A DNA stretch of 64,000 nt from Asterias rubens (Eukaryota): the NCBI RefSeq assembly GCF_902459465.1, contig NC_047068.1, positions 10,416,001-10,480,000 on the forward strand. Direction: 5' to 3'. Below, piece after piece: positions 36,362 through 48,584 of this stretch. Within the stretch, counting starts at the first letter, position 1. Each line of letters begins with the position of its first letter. Made by a program: the position numbers and the translations under genes. The notes below the pieces were generated by a model that was not told the DNA's origin, searched no databases, and saw only the letters and a program-made list of their open reading frames with translations.

Positions 36362-37094
36362 ATGTTTCTTCAAAGCGTGAATACCATTCTGTTTCATCTC
36401 TTGATATTGATGACAATGCAAAGCATTGTTATCGTCCTCTCCTCTTGTCCAACTGGCTGGGTAAAATGGCGTCAGTCTTGCTACATCTTACTGCCTGAGA
36501 AGATGAACTGGATGCAAGCCGAGGCGGCATGCAAGCGACCAGGGAGCAACCTCATAGTGCCTGAGTCAAAAGAAGAAAACGACTTCATCTTCGAATGGGC
36601 AGTGAAAGGGAATGACGGTATGTGGATCGGCTGCACAGATGCTGCTCAAGAAGGAGTTTGGCTGTGTGGAGGTCAGCCTGCAAAGTTTACCAACTGGTAT
36701 TCAAGCAGTCCTCACAACGACGCAAGTTATCTATGCCCGAATGACTGTTTTCAATGAAGGATTTTGGTCTGATCAAATAATATACCAGATTACAGATCAT
36801 AAATTAGTTGCATGTGAGATGCCGGTCCCTATCGTGCCAATCTACCACACCCTGCTAGGTTCCGATGGGCGTGTCTCTCAATACTGCCCCCTCAATCACG
36901 TCATCGACAACTTGGCCGTAGAGGGCGTGATTGCTTGCGGCTGGGCGTGTACATCAGATCCTCGTTGCCGCTCCTTCAATATTTGCCAGAGCAGCAAAAA
37001 AGAGAAGAAATGTCAACTCAATGACGTCACCTTTCTTGAGGACGATCACACCGAATCCAAGAATATCGAGGGTTGTGTCTACTTTGAACTTTGA
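36362..37094 (+). pseudogene. CTL7: frameshifted CTL-PAN copy
   Basis: Net 2-nt deletion relative to CTL1 near 36725-36735 splits the gene into ORFs 36356-36757 and 36612-37094. Two CTLD cysteines read Tyr. Confidence 0.8.
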
Positions 37095-38784
37095 ACATTT
37101 ATAAAATACGCCAACTTTTGTTTTCTCTTTTCATTGACGTCTCATCACTGACAAAGACATGAACCGAGAGAACGGCTATCGACGGTTTGGTATCTTTGTC
37201 TGTGGCAGTAAAACACATTATGTATATAAACAAAGAAACAAAGAAACCATCACTCTCTCAGTAAATTTAGGCTGATATTTCCAAGAGACATGACAGAGGA
37301 CGTCTTCAAGAAAGAAACAATCAGTCGCCAACTTGTTCGCATCCACTCCAAGGATATTGAGGGTTGTGTCTGCTTTAAACCATGAGTAGTTTGATACCAC
37401 TACTTTTCGTTGATGTCTCTCACCATCTTGATTCAAAGTTTACTACACCAGGAAAGACCTCCGCTGTAGAGAGTGATACTGTGCTATAACAAGGGTGATA
37501 GTCGTGTTTCCTGATACAAGAGTGGACATGAATAGTGAATGCTGTTATACATGTTAGGGGCCAGACTACAACCTGATAGCCTGGTTTAGTAACATATTGT
37601 GATCGGGGAAAGAAACATGTTTTCACCATGTAATTACACTGAGATACCACAAGGCAGATCCATGCATGTTAGATTTGACAATTGATTGAACTAATCAGAT
37701 GCATGCGCACGGTTCATTTGTTTAAAAATAACTCATAATTTAATTGCACGTTTTTACAATAATATATTCAAATGGTTTGATAACGCATTCACATGGTTTG
37801 GTAGTCTATAGTAGTGAATTACCAAAAGCGTCACCCTTTCTACATATTGAAGCATTTAATTCACCTCAGTATTGATTGCCTGCATGCAATGCCATCATTG
37901 ACTTGGTTAGTCTGTTTGTATAGGATAGTAAAACATAATACTATGTGGACAGATTCAAGCGGCAATCTAAATTATGCGTGCAATAGATTATAATTTTGTT
38001 GAATGAAGAACTTCCTCACAAACAACATCTTCAAATAAATTATAAATTCGTTTGAAAGAAGTAATAAACCATGCTATCAGGTTATTTATTCGTTTGAATC
38101 GATTACTTAATCTTTCAAACGATGATGTGTTATTAATTGTTCGAACGTAACACCAAAGCACGATAACGATTATTCATAAATACCTATTGGTGGAGAGCGC
38201 GTCACGTGGTTGTGTATAAACCTTTGTTTATGTCCAGTAAAAAGTGTTGAAACATGGGCGTGAACACGCGAGCTTGCACCTGTTCTTATAAGACAGTTTC
38301 TTCATATCTATTGGTCAAGAGCAACGGCTGAAACAGTTGTGCCATATCACGCGATACGCGCGTTTCGCGCACAGCATTCCCTTATAAGGAGTTGTTTACC
38401 CGAGGGCGGCGAAGGGCTTTACCATTTCATAGCTGGAGGGGTGTTGTGTTGAATGAAATCATTGAACAATTATAATTTTTGCATTTATTTTACTTTTTGA
38501 CCAAAAAGTGTTGATGTTTTTTTGACCGAAAGGGTATTTATGAATGGCTATCAAAGTGTGTTGAATCAGTTTTCAACTATAGTGGTTTAAATCCGCCGAG
38601 GCCTGATTCTTTATAATCTACCTCGACCTCGTCTCGGTAAAATTATCAAGAACCAGGCCTCGTAGGGATTAAACTAGTTGAAAACCTCTTCACCACACAT
38701 TGACTCCCTTAATAAACCAAGCGAACAAGCTGTTACTTTGTTTTGAGTATAAACGATTACTATTCTGTGCGAATTGGTTATCAT

Positions 38785-39190
38785 TTTGAATAGATTATGA
38801 TTGTTTATTTTGTATTTTTAACCATCAAACTTGTTGGGAATGATTTGTAAAACTTTTCAACTGGATTGTTTTTCTTTCAAACACTCAGATCATACGGTGC
38901 AAAGGGGTTAGTAAAGCGTGCAAACGGATAGTTGATTATGATTGCTTATGTTGAATTTTTACCATCCAACTTGTTGAAACTGTTCAACTGGACACCTTTC
39001 TTTCAAACAGATCACCGTGCAAAGGGATAAACAAAGCGTGTGAATGGATAGTATATTATTATAGCTTATTTTGTATTTTAATTCATCAACATTTTAGAAT
39101 GGTTTGTTAAACCTTCTCAGCTGGATTTCTTTTCGTTCGAATAGATAGTTATACCGTGGAAATGGATATTAGCAAAGCTTGCAAACAGAT
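38785..39190. repeat. Degenerate tandem repeat, ~3 x 125-140 bp
   Basis: Recurring GATTATGATTG.TTAT...CCATC.AACTTG...TTCAACTGG...CGGTGCAAAGGG...AAAGCGTG. Confidence 0.6.
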
Positions 39191-40435
39191 AGGGCCTACC
39201 ACTTCGTATGAGTGCCACAGATTATACTTAACCTTGCAAACTTCCTATATATTTCTTTAAACAGGTTTGATACTGGATCATGTAAACAGGTTATTAAATC
39301 AGGCTAAATATACGATCAATTATGACTAAACCTAAATCGAGCACACGAATTACTGAAAGAATATCACGCGAAATTGTCTTCACTTTGCAACCATGCTTTC
39401 TATAATAGAAGTCGCCAAGACCGCATTGACTCTATATACAACCAGCATGAAACGTGCTCGCAGTTACTTGTTCTGGTCTTTTCACATTTTGTAGAATGTT
39501 TGACAAAGAAATCACTAAATAATGTATATTCGGTGTGCAGTATCACTTTGTTACAACACATACTTTACTGTGTAGATTTTGTTATTTAAAGGGACACGTT
39601 GCCTCGGTTGGGCGTGTTGGTCTATACAAAGCGTTTGAAAACCATTTGTTATAAAATGCGCCATTTTTGTGGAGTCAAATTTTTGACTCCACAAAAAGGC
39701 CAACCGTGTAAGTTTCCAAAATAAAAGGAAAACCACGTTAAAACTGTTAAAACATCTTTCCAACCATATGCATTTCATAACAAACGGTTCAAACACTTTT
39801 CATAGACCAACTCGTCCGATCCAAGGCAACGTTTCCCAAGATCCTTTTCAGAAATAGGTTGATCATACCAATTTCTAATCTGCGGCAAGAGTTGAATAAA
39901 AAATCATTTCAATATAAACAAAATCTACACAAAAACACATGGTGTTTCACACCTTTCTATATGTCTCAAAAATTATATACAGAGTGAACACCGCAAATTC
40001 TTCTCTTGTGCTCCCAACGCCATGTTATTACGTGGATCTACCATATCCATGCAACTGCTTGCGCATTAAGCATCAAGGTTATAAAATTATACTGATTACT
40101 ATTGAACCAAGATGACGTAAAAGTTGAATAAATTATTCTCTCTGTTATTTCTTGGAGGCACTTCTCATCAGTTTGATTTTAATCCGGTCACTGGTTTTGC
40201 GTTTCCCGTTGACTTAGCAACCGTTTGGCTGCTGTTGATTAAATTTGAGAGACTTGACCAAGTTATAACAAAACCCAGTAATTTAGACGTTTACTGCAGA
40301 AGCGTCGAACTTGGTGAAGGTGACGACGGAAAATTAAACTACCTGTATCCTCGCTTTGTACTCGCTGTTGCTTGCACGTCTAGTTGGGTCATTTTATACT
40401 ACTTCAAATTAGAGTTACTGTGACATGTGATAACA

Positions 40436-41173
40436 ATGTTTCTTCAAAGCATGAATACCATTCTGTTTCATCTCTTGATATTGATGACAATCCAAAGCAT
40501 TGTTATCGTCTTCTCCTCCTGTCCAACTGGCTGGGTGAAATGGCGTCAGTCTTGCTACATCTTACTGCCTGAGAAGATGAACTGGATGCAAGCCGAGGCG
40601 GCATGCAAGCGTCCAGGGAGCAACCTCATAGTGCCTGATTCAAAAGAAGAAAACGACTTCATCTTCGAGTGGGCAGTGAAATGGAATGACGGTATGTGGA
40701 TCGGCTGCACAGATGCTGCCCAAGAAGAAGTTTGGCTGTGTGGAGGTCAGCCTGCAAGATTCACCAACTGGCGGTATCCAAACAATCCACACCACGACAT
40801 ACGGTTGAACTGTGCCCGAATGACTGTTTACGACGGTGGGCTTTGGTCTGATATCGAACATTGCAAGAATGGCGCCCGTAAATTAGCTGCATGTGAGATG
40901 CCGGTCCCTATCGTGCCAATCTACCACACCCTGCTAGGTCCCGATGGGCGTGTCTCTCAATACTGCCCCCTCAATCACGTCATCGACAACCTGGCCGTAG
41001 AGGGTATGATTGCTTGTGGCTGGGCGTGTACATCAGATCCTCGTTGCCGCTCCTTTAATGTTTGGCAGAGCAGCGAGAAAGAGAAGAAATGTCAACTCAA
41101 TGACGTCACCTTTCTTGAGGAAGATCACACCGACTCCAATGATATTAAGGGTTGTGTCTACTTTGAACTGTGA
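40436..41173 (+). CDS. CTL8: secreted C-type lectin + PAN/Apple protein, intact
   Basis: Open from MFLQSMNT to CVYFEL*; loop WRYPNNPHHD. Confidence 0.88.
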   Translation: MFLQSMNTILFHLLILMTIQSIVIVFSSCPTGWVKWRQSCYILLPEKMNWMQAEAACKRPGSNLIVPDSKEENDFIFEWAVKWNDGMWIGCTDAAQEEVWLCGGQPARFTNWRYPNNPHHDIRLNCARMTVYDGGLWSDIEHCKNGARKLAACEMPVPIVPIYHTLLGPDGRVSQYCPLNHVIDNLAVEGMIACGWACTSDPRCRSFNVWQSSEKEKKCQLNDVTFLEEDHTDSNDIKGCVYFEL

Positions 41174-44100
41174 GCATTGCGTCATGCAACGTGTTCCCTT
41201 TCCCATTATTAGTCACACTGACAAACAAACCTTGCAGTAAACAACAAGGAAAATCTAGTAGAGTATTTATCGTGATGTCAGAATTTGCGTTTTGGAAGGA
41301 TATATGCCTCATAGATATTGAGGAACTTAGTACAATTTATGTAGATTTGTTCACTTTTCTTTGTTTATTGAACAATTCCATGTACTATATCATGCATGTC
41401 CCGTGCGTAGTGAAAGTTTTGTTGACCACTTGGTCCCACGTACATTGCTTGAAGGAATAACCAATGTTCGAAAACGCGCGAGATTTGCTTAGTTATTGAG
41501 ATAATCGTAATTATGGCCTGCTTTTGTAAATAATATATTTAAACATTATGTACCTGAATAATTCTGCACTATTTATGGAAATTCATGAAAAGATAACCCT
41601 ACTTTTTAAATTTGATTGAATTTCGATTACATAATTATCACTTTAAAGACACCGGACACTTTTGGTAATTGTCAAGGACCAGTCTTCTCACTTTAGTGTA
41701 TCTCAACAAATGCACAAAATAACAAACCTCTGAAAATTTGGGCTCAATTGGTCGTCGAAGTTGCGAGATAATAATGGAAGAAAAAACATCCTTGCCACAC
41801 GAAGTTGTGTGCTTTCAGATGAATGATTTTTGGACCTCAAAATCTAGTTCTGAGGCCTCGAAATCAAATTCAAATATTTTAGTGGAAAATTACTTCTTTC
41901 TCGAAAACTACGTTACTTCAGAGGGAGCCGTTTCTCACACTGTTTTATACTATCAACAGCTCTCCATTGCTCGTTACCTCGTAAGTTTTTATGGTAACAA
42001 TTATTTTGAGTAATTACCAATAGTGTCTTCTGCCTTGAACCCTTCTATTTATAAAGCAATATTTTGTGAGCTTGGCAGAAAAACTTGTGTATCGCATCCA
42101 CAGTGGATTCACATTGTTACGTCACTCTTCTGCTTGCAAGCTGGCAAGCTATATAGCATGTTTTATATGCTTTACGGTAACCATTGATTATGGAACAGAA
42201 ACTTTGCTGAGAGCTGCTCCGTAAGCAGAAATTGGCTGCATACAGGCCTTTATGAAACTTACCGTAGTTTCGACCAAATGAGGGCGTTTTTATTCGTTAA
42301 TTTTATTGCATCACAATTACAGTTTTGTCATAATTTAACTGCATGTATAAAGTTTTCTTAAATCAGTGATTGAATAAAATATATTATAGAACTGAACAAA
42401 AATGGAAAATTAGTTTGTCTTACTTGTTTTGCATCACGTTGGTTCTCATTCGCCCTTACACAGTCTAAATATTTTGAATTGTGCCCTGTTCCCTCTCTTA
42501 CTCGACACCATTCTAAACAACTCCATCGATTGACATCACATCATCTCAAAATGACTCAATCGAGCATTTCAACTTTTTTATCAGAGCCTTTGTTTCGACT
42601 TGGGCTCATTTATGAAATACCGAAAGAATAAATAAAGATAATTATAAATCGGTTGGCTGGCATGCTTGCCGTCTTGGACTGCATGCTCTTTGCATTATAA
42701 AAAGATTTGACAACTTTCTTCCAGTGACAGTAATAATCAAATAAATTCTCCAAAATGTACAATAAACGCAAATTTCCACTCTAATACATATTAATACAAA
42801 GTATATATTATAACTTACAGGAATACTGGCGAATCCTGGCTTTTCCAGAAGTTCTGCTAATACTGCTGATGCAGGCTTACATCTACCATTCGCTGCATAC
42901 AAATGATTTTTTTGAGCAACACTCCAACTACAACTTGTCGAACTCTCATTAGTTCTAACTGCCAAAGGCTAGCTATATGCCCTCTCTCCTAAGGCCAACA
43001 AATCATTGAGGCTGGCTATACCCTCTCCTCAGGAAACTCAGATGCTGAATGACAAATGGTACACAACACGTCCTCCAAAACCAGAACAAGAATCTTAGGA
43101 ATTTCTAATTGTGTTCCCATTAACGTTTCTACCTGCCCGCTCATGCCTAGTCATGAATATTCACTATAATTATGCGAATAACCAGTGAATTACATTTACG
43201 CTTCTATGCATATTAAGATGGCTCACCGAGTTCGAGGAAGGGCGCGGTTCGGCCACTTGAGATGAAAAACTTGTTCTCTCTCTAGACAAAAAACTTACTG
43301 TATACCACTATGGCCATTCACACTTTATATTACGTAACTCATCTGTAACAATGATGCTGGAGTAAATTCGCTACAATTAATTTCACTCTGTGACATAAAC
43401 ATACGCCGTGTTGGGCTGTATTTTTATGTCCGCAGTCGGTTTAGTTTTCTATTCTGTCTAACCGAAGGTCCGGAATCTTGTCGTGACCTTTAAACTTCAT
43501 CCCCTTGGGGAACCATGTGACCCGTAGTGCATCATCTGGTCACATGTCACTGAGCGGAATGGCGTCGAGGGTTAACCAATGAGGCCTCTTTTCTGCCATT
43601 CATGGAGAGATGGAATCATTAGAAATATGATAGATATTAAATTGCATCAGGGATAAAGAATATTTCCCCACATATCGATGTGTGTCAACCCTGTATAGGG
43701 CTTACTCGGTACTTTCCCGAGTCCTACAAACGCACAGGCAAAATACGCGGGCGGGGATCCAAACCCCCAACAAGTGTCACTTAAGAGCAGATGTTTTAAT
43801 CAACCACTAAATGAACAATCGTCCTCATCTCTTATTCACCTTGCTGGGAAAAACAAATAGATAATTGCAATCTCGGTAAAAAGTGACAAAATTATTCATA
43901 TCATCATTTCTGACAATCTTTGCGCGTCATTGGTCTGATTATTCACGTCACTTGTTTTGTTTGTTCGTTGGCATCGCAACCATTCGGCTATTGTTTGTTC
44001 AATTGACTCAATTCACTTTTGAACAATAACAACAAATCGGACACTAATTGAAGCAATTGACTTTGATAAAAGTGTCGACGGAGAATAAAACTACTGCAGT

Positions 44101-44198
44101 AGCCTCTTGTGGTACTCGTTGCTCACATGGTTAATCCACGTACCTTTACATGACATAAAACGAGAGTTACTGTGGCGCGTGATTTGTTTCTTAAAAGC

Positions 44199-44915
44199 AT
44201 GAATACCATTCTGTTTCATCTCTTGATATTGATGACAATACAAAGCATTGTTATCGTCCTCTCCTCTTGTCCAAATGGTTGGGTAAAATGGCGTCAGTCT
44301 TGCTACATCTTACTGCCTGGGAAGATGAACTGGATGCAAGCCGTGGCGGCATGCAAGCGACTAGGGAGCAACCTCATAGTGCCTGATTCAAAAGAAGAAA
44401 ACGACTTCATCTTCGAGTGGGCAGTGAAAGGGAATGACGGTATGTGGATCGGCTGCACCGATGCTGCTCAAGAAGGAGTTTGGCTGTGTAAAGGCCAGCC
44501 TGCAAGATTCACCAACTGGCGGTATCCAAACAATCCACACAACGACATACGGTTGAACTGTGCCCGAGTGACTGTATACGACGGTGGGCGTTGGTCTGAT
44601 AGCGAACATTGCAAGAATGGCGCCCGTAAATTAGTTGCATGTGAGATGCCGGTCCCTATCGTGCCAATCTACCACACCCTGCTAGGTCCCAATGGGCGTG
44701 TATCTCAATACTGCCCCCTCAATCACGTCATCGACAACCTGGCCGTAGAGGGTGTGATTGCTTGTGGCTGGGCGTGTACATCAGATCCTCAATGCCGCTC
44801 CTTTAATGTTTGGCAGAGCAGCAAGAAAGAGAAGAAATGTCAACTCAACAACGTCACCTTTCTTGAGGACGATTACACCGACTTCATTGAGGGCTGTGTC
44901 TACTTTGAACTGTGA
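44199..44915 (+). CDS. CTL9: secreted C-type lectin + PAN/Apple protein, intact
   Basis: ATG at 44199 (MNTILF); loop WRYPNNPHND; small deletion near the C-terminus (TDFIEG). Confidence 0.87.
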   Translation: MNTILFHLLILMTIQSIVIVLSSCPNGWVKWRQSCYILLPGKMNWMQAVAACKRLGSNLIVPDSKEENDFIFEWAVKGNDGMWIGCTDAAQEGVWLCKGQPARFTNWRYPNNPHNDIRLNCARVTVYDGGRWSDSEHCKNGARKLVACEMPVPIVPIYHTLLGPNGRVSQYCPLNHVIDNLAVEGVIACGWACTSDPQCRSFNVWQSSKKEKKCQLNNVTFLEDDYTDFIEGCVYFEL

Positions 44916-47900
44916 GCATTTCGTCATGCACCGTGGTCCCTTTCCCATCCTTGATCACACTGACAAATAAACTATGCAGTGAACATCTGGATTATCTAGT
45001 AGAGTATTCATCGTGATGTATTGAGAGACTCACTTTAATGCACATGAAGGTATATGTAGATTTATTATTAGGCTCGATTTGTTTATTAATAAAGTCAACC
45101 TTGAATTAAACTATTAATATCACTTTTTACTCATACGTACCAGAGCTGTGTGAACAAAATCACAGGCATATTGCTTGGGTGGGATTCGAACCCACGACCT
45201 TTGCAATTTTAGAGCAGTGTTTTACCAACTAAAGCCAGTTCGAATCCTATGATTAGCAGCGGGTACCACAACGATTTAATAGATGGGAAATCTGCATCGG
45301 GGATAAGAAATGTTAATTTTGGTTTTACCCATACACCGATGTGTGTTTGTACTCGAGCATCCACGATGCGAATTTTTCAAACAAACGTATAACGTAAACC
45401 AAAACTAAATTTCTGATGAGAGAAACATTTATTGAATAATATGTGTAAGTAACAAGACGGGAATTGAACCTGTATGTTCTGAGGTACAGTTCCAGTGTTC
45501 CACAAACCCGCGCTGCCTGGATCTTAGCCTTTTTTTTTTAGGTATGGCGGACACCATAGGAGTGCACTGTTGGGATTGGTTTGGTGTATACAGACAAATT
45601 TACCCGAACCCAATAGTGTCATGAAATCACCATATCTCAAAATGACTTGTGGTATCTTTGTGTATACAGGTCCTTTCTTTATGCTCTGTGTAATTTCATG
45701 ATGCAAACATTTTGTTTTTGTCTGGTTTCTACTACCCATAACCTTTATGGTGCAGCCATTTTGACAATGTCACCAAACCGAGGCTAGATGGTAACAGTAG
45801 TCTGGCCCCTTGTATATATTCATATTCAAAGTATTCATGTTAAAACAGGGAGCATGACTACAAAGATTGTAGAAGAACGATAACCGTCGCCTACGCGGAT
45901 GTAATTTCACCCAAAGCGGCAGCCGTTAGTTGTGCCGTCGGCTTGTGCCTTGATGCCTGGTTATTTGCCTAACGTACACTCATTAATCACAACCACCATC
46001 CATTGCAGCGTATGTTTTGGGGTCATATATTGGACTTTAAGAAGTTATTTATAAATGTTAATTGCACCAGCAAGAACAATAATTTTGTTAGGAACAAAAA
46101 ATATATGAGTTTGGACGCATCGACGGCAGAGGATATTTAGGAGGGTTTTTAGGTTAAACGTGTGAAGTTAAATTCTACATGGCGAAATAAGTTATCAGAA
46201 GCAAAAAACAACAACATATAAATAAGAAAGCAACATACAAATATTTTATTTTTTAAATTGTTGTCTTTTTCTTTTTTATTATTCTTTTATTATAATAAAC
46301 ATGTGTATGTATACATAGTGTTGAAATTTACCTAGCGCGTAAACTTTCGAACTTAGCAAAGTCAAGATGTTTAAATGCAACATTCTTTGCCCATAAGCTG
46401 AAAGTAATTTTACAATAATAAAATTGGACATTTGGAGATGACATGTAAGTATCCACGCGCAAAGGCAAAGATACATTTGGTTTTTGGAAACAGTTCAATT
46501 ATTGTTCCAAACCTGTATGAATCATGAATGGTTGTTATTTTTGGGTATCGCCGAAAAGCAGGAGCGGGTAGCCCCACGCAGGAAGAATAATCCGTAATTG
46601 GGCTACACAATCTGAGAAACATTTCATGCAGAAACGTTTCTCAGATTGAAATTTCTTTGCATCCTTTTCTTTAGAACCACATTTCTGACAAGGGGACCGT
46701 TTATCAACAGCCCGCAGTGCTTCACGATTTTATAAATTTTGAGTGATTACCAAAGGTGTACAGTCCCTTTATTGGCAGTGGACACTATTGGTAATTACTC
46801 AAAATAATTATTGGCATATAACCTTTCTTGGTGACGAGTAATGGGGAGAGGTTGATGGTATAAATCATTGTGAAAACGGCTCCCTCTGAAGTGCCGTAGT
46901 TTTCGAGAAAGAAGTAATTTTCCACGAATTTGATTTCGAGACCTCAGCAGATTTAGAACTTGAGGTCTCGAAATTAACCATCTAAATGCACACAACTTCG
47001 TGTGACGTTGGTGTTTTTTCTTTCATTATTATCTCGCAACTTCGATGACCGATTGACCGGTTTGTTATTTTATGCATATGTTGAGATACACTGTGAAGGC
47101 TAGTCTTTGACTATTACCAATAGTGTCCACTGCCTTTAAAGGCTGGACCACGTTTTTAACTCATGATAAATCACTGGTTTTTAAAAGCACCCCTTTTTTC
47201 ATAACATATGTTTCAATTCTTTATACAACATCAACAAACCTGTAAAATAGAATGTGCGATCCTCGCCACATTGTTAGCGAGACCACGCAATTCGAGAACA
47301 CAACTCGAATGAAGACGATATCTTTGAAACCGTTATCATCTTTTTAAGTTATATTGACACACAGATTTTAAAAATGGTAATACTTTTTGTAAATACATTT
47401 TCCTTTCCATATAATAGCCTACAAATAAACCGTTGAAATTACCATTCAAATAAAATTTAAAATGGGGACATGGAAGCTTATTTGTTTTGTACAGAAATTC
47501 AGTTTTGCCAATCCCCGGAATTGTTCGACAATGCATTTAGCCAAAACGAGTTAACGGGAGCGGAAGTCAAGTCTTATTGTCCGGCTACCTTTGTCTACTT
47601 TTTGTTTAATTTATTTGACTGGCATATACAATTTCATGACTGAACTTTCCTTCTCAACAATTATGATGTGATTTGTATAGGTGCACAGCCACAACCATGC
47701 GACACATTGTTTTCCCATTTTGTGACAAATCATTTGAAATTTGGTAGCAGTTATCTCAATGTTATTAATGTATCAATTTAACATTCACTGTGTGAGAATA
47801 AGAATTTCAGTATGTCAAATACAATTAAAAATCTGTAAAAATTACTCAAAATTTATCTTTTGTTCATTTATGTGTCTGTGTAACAAAGCCATGCCATATC

Positions 47901-47932
47901 TGGTGGTAGAAAAAATGCGCGGTAGTCTTTAC

Positions 47933-48465
47933 TTAAAGTCACCTGGAAATAGATTTTGTTTTCTTTCAAACATAAGAGTATATGCTTACGAACAATAAAA
48001 CAATTTTTTTAGTAATTCTTTGTCACGATTTATATGTTTAAAAAGTATATAAAGTTGTTTGGGGGGCTGACTCCGCCTTCCCCCTTTTGTGACGTCAATC
48101 GAGGCAGACTTTGCCTGCAATGCGTATAGTAAACACACGTGCAAAGTACATGTACGTCCAAGTCGTGAGTTGGTACATTTCAAAAAGTGTTTTTCTGCAT
48201 TTTTGAAACGTACAAACTCACGACTTGGTCCGTACATGTACTTTGCAATTGTGTTTACTCTACGCATTACAGGCAAAGTCTGCCTCGATTTACGTCACGA
48301 ACAGCGCCCTCTCGGGTCGGGGTCTACTCTTAAATTTGTAAATAACATAAGAACTGATTTTTTAAAACCTTAGTTAACTGTTTATTCACATTCCACTCAT
48401 CAAAACACATATATTAGTGACAAAAGCTTTATTTTGAAAAAAATACCACTTCCAGGTGACTTTAA
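47933..48465. mobile_element. TTAA-flanked MITE with an AGTCACCTGGAA TIR and an internal palindrome
   Basis: TTAA|AGTCACCTGGAA...TTCCAGGTGACT|TTAA; internal IR GAGGCAGACTTTGCCTG/CAGGCAAAGTCTGCCTC. Confidence 0.8.
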
Positions 48466-48584
48466 CATTTCCTGGGATGGGGAGATTGATTCAAAAGAGG
48501 GCGCCATCAGTTGACTGCGCGAAGCACGCAAAATAGTGCGCAATTTCAGAGCTTGCGCGAGCAGGAGCTACATGGCGCATATGT

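Noticed and set aside
23155-40572. Recurring out-of-frame ORF '...NVSSKHEY.SVSSLDIDDNAKHCY...' and antisense ORFs at each lectin
   Set aside because: They recur only because the host genes are recent paralogues; start codons are inconsistent.
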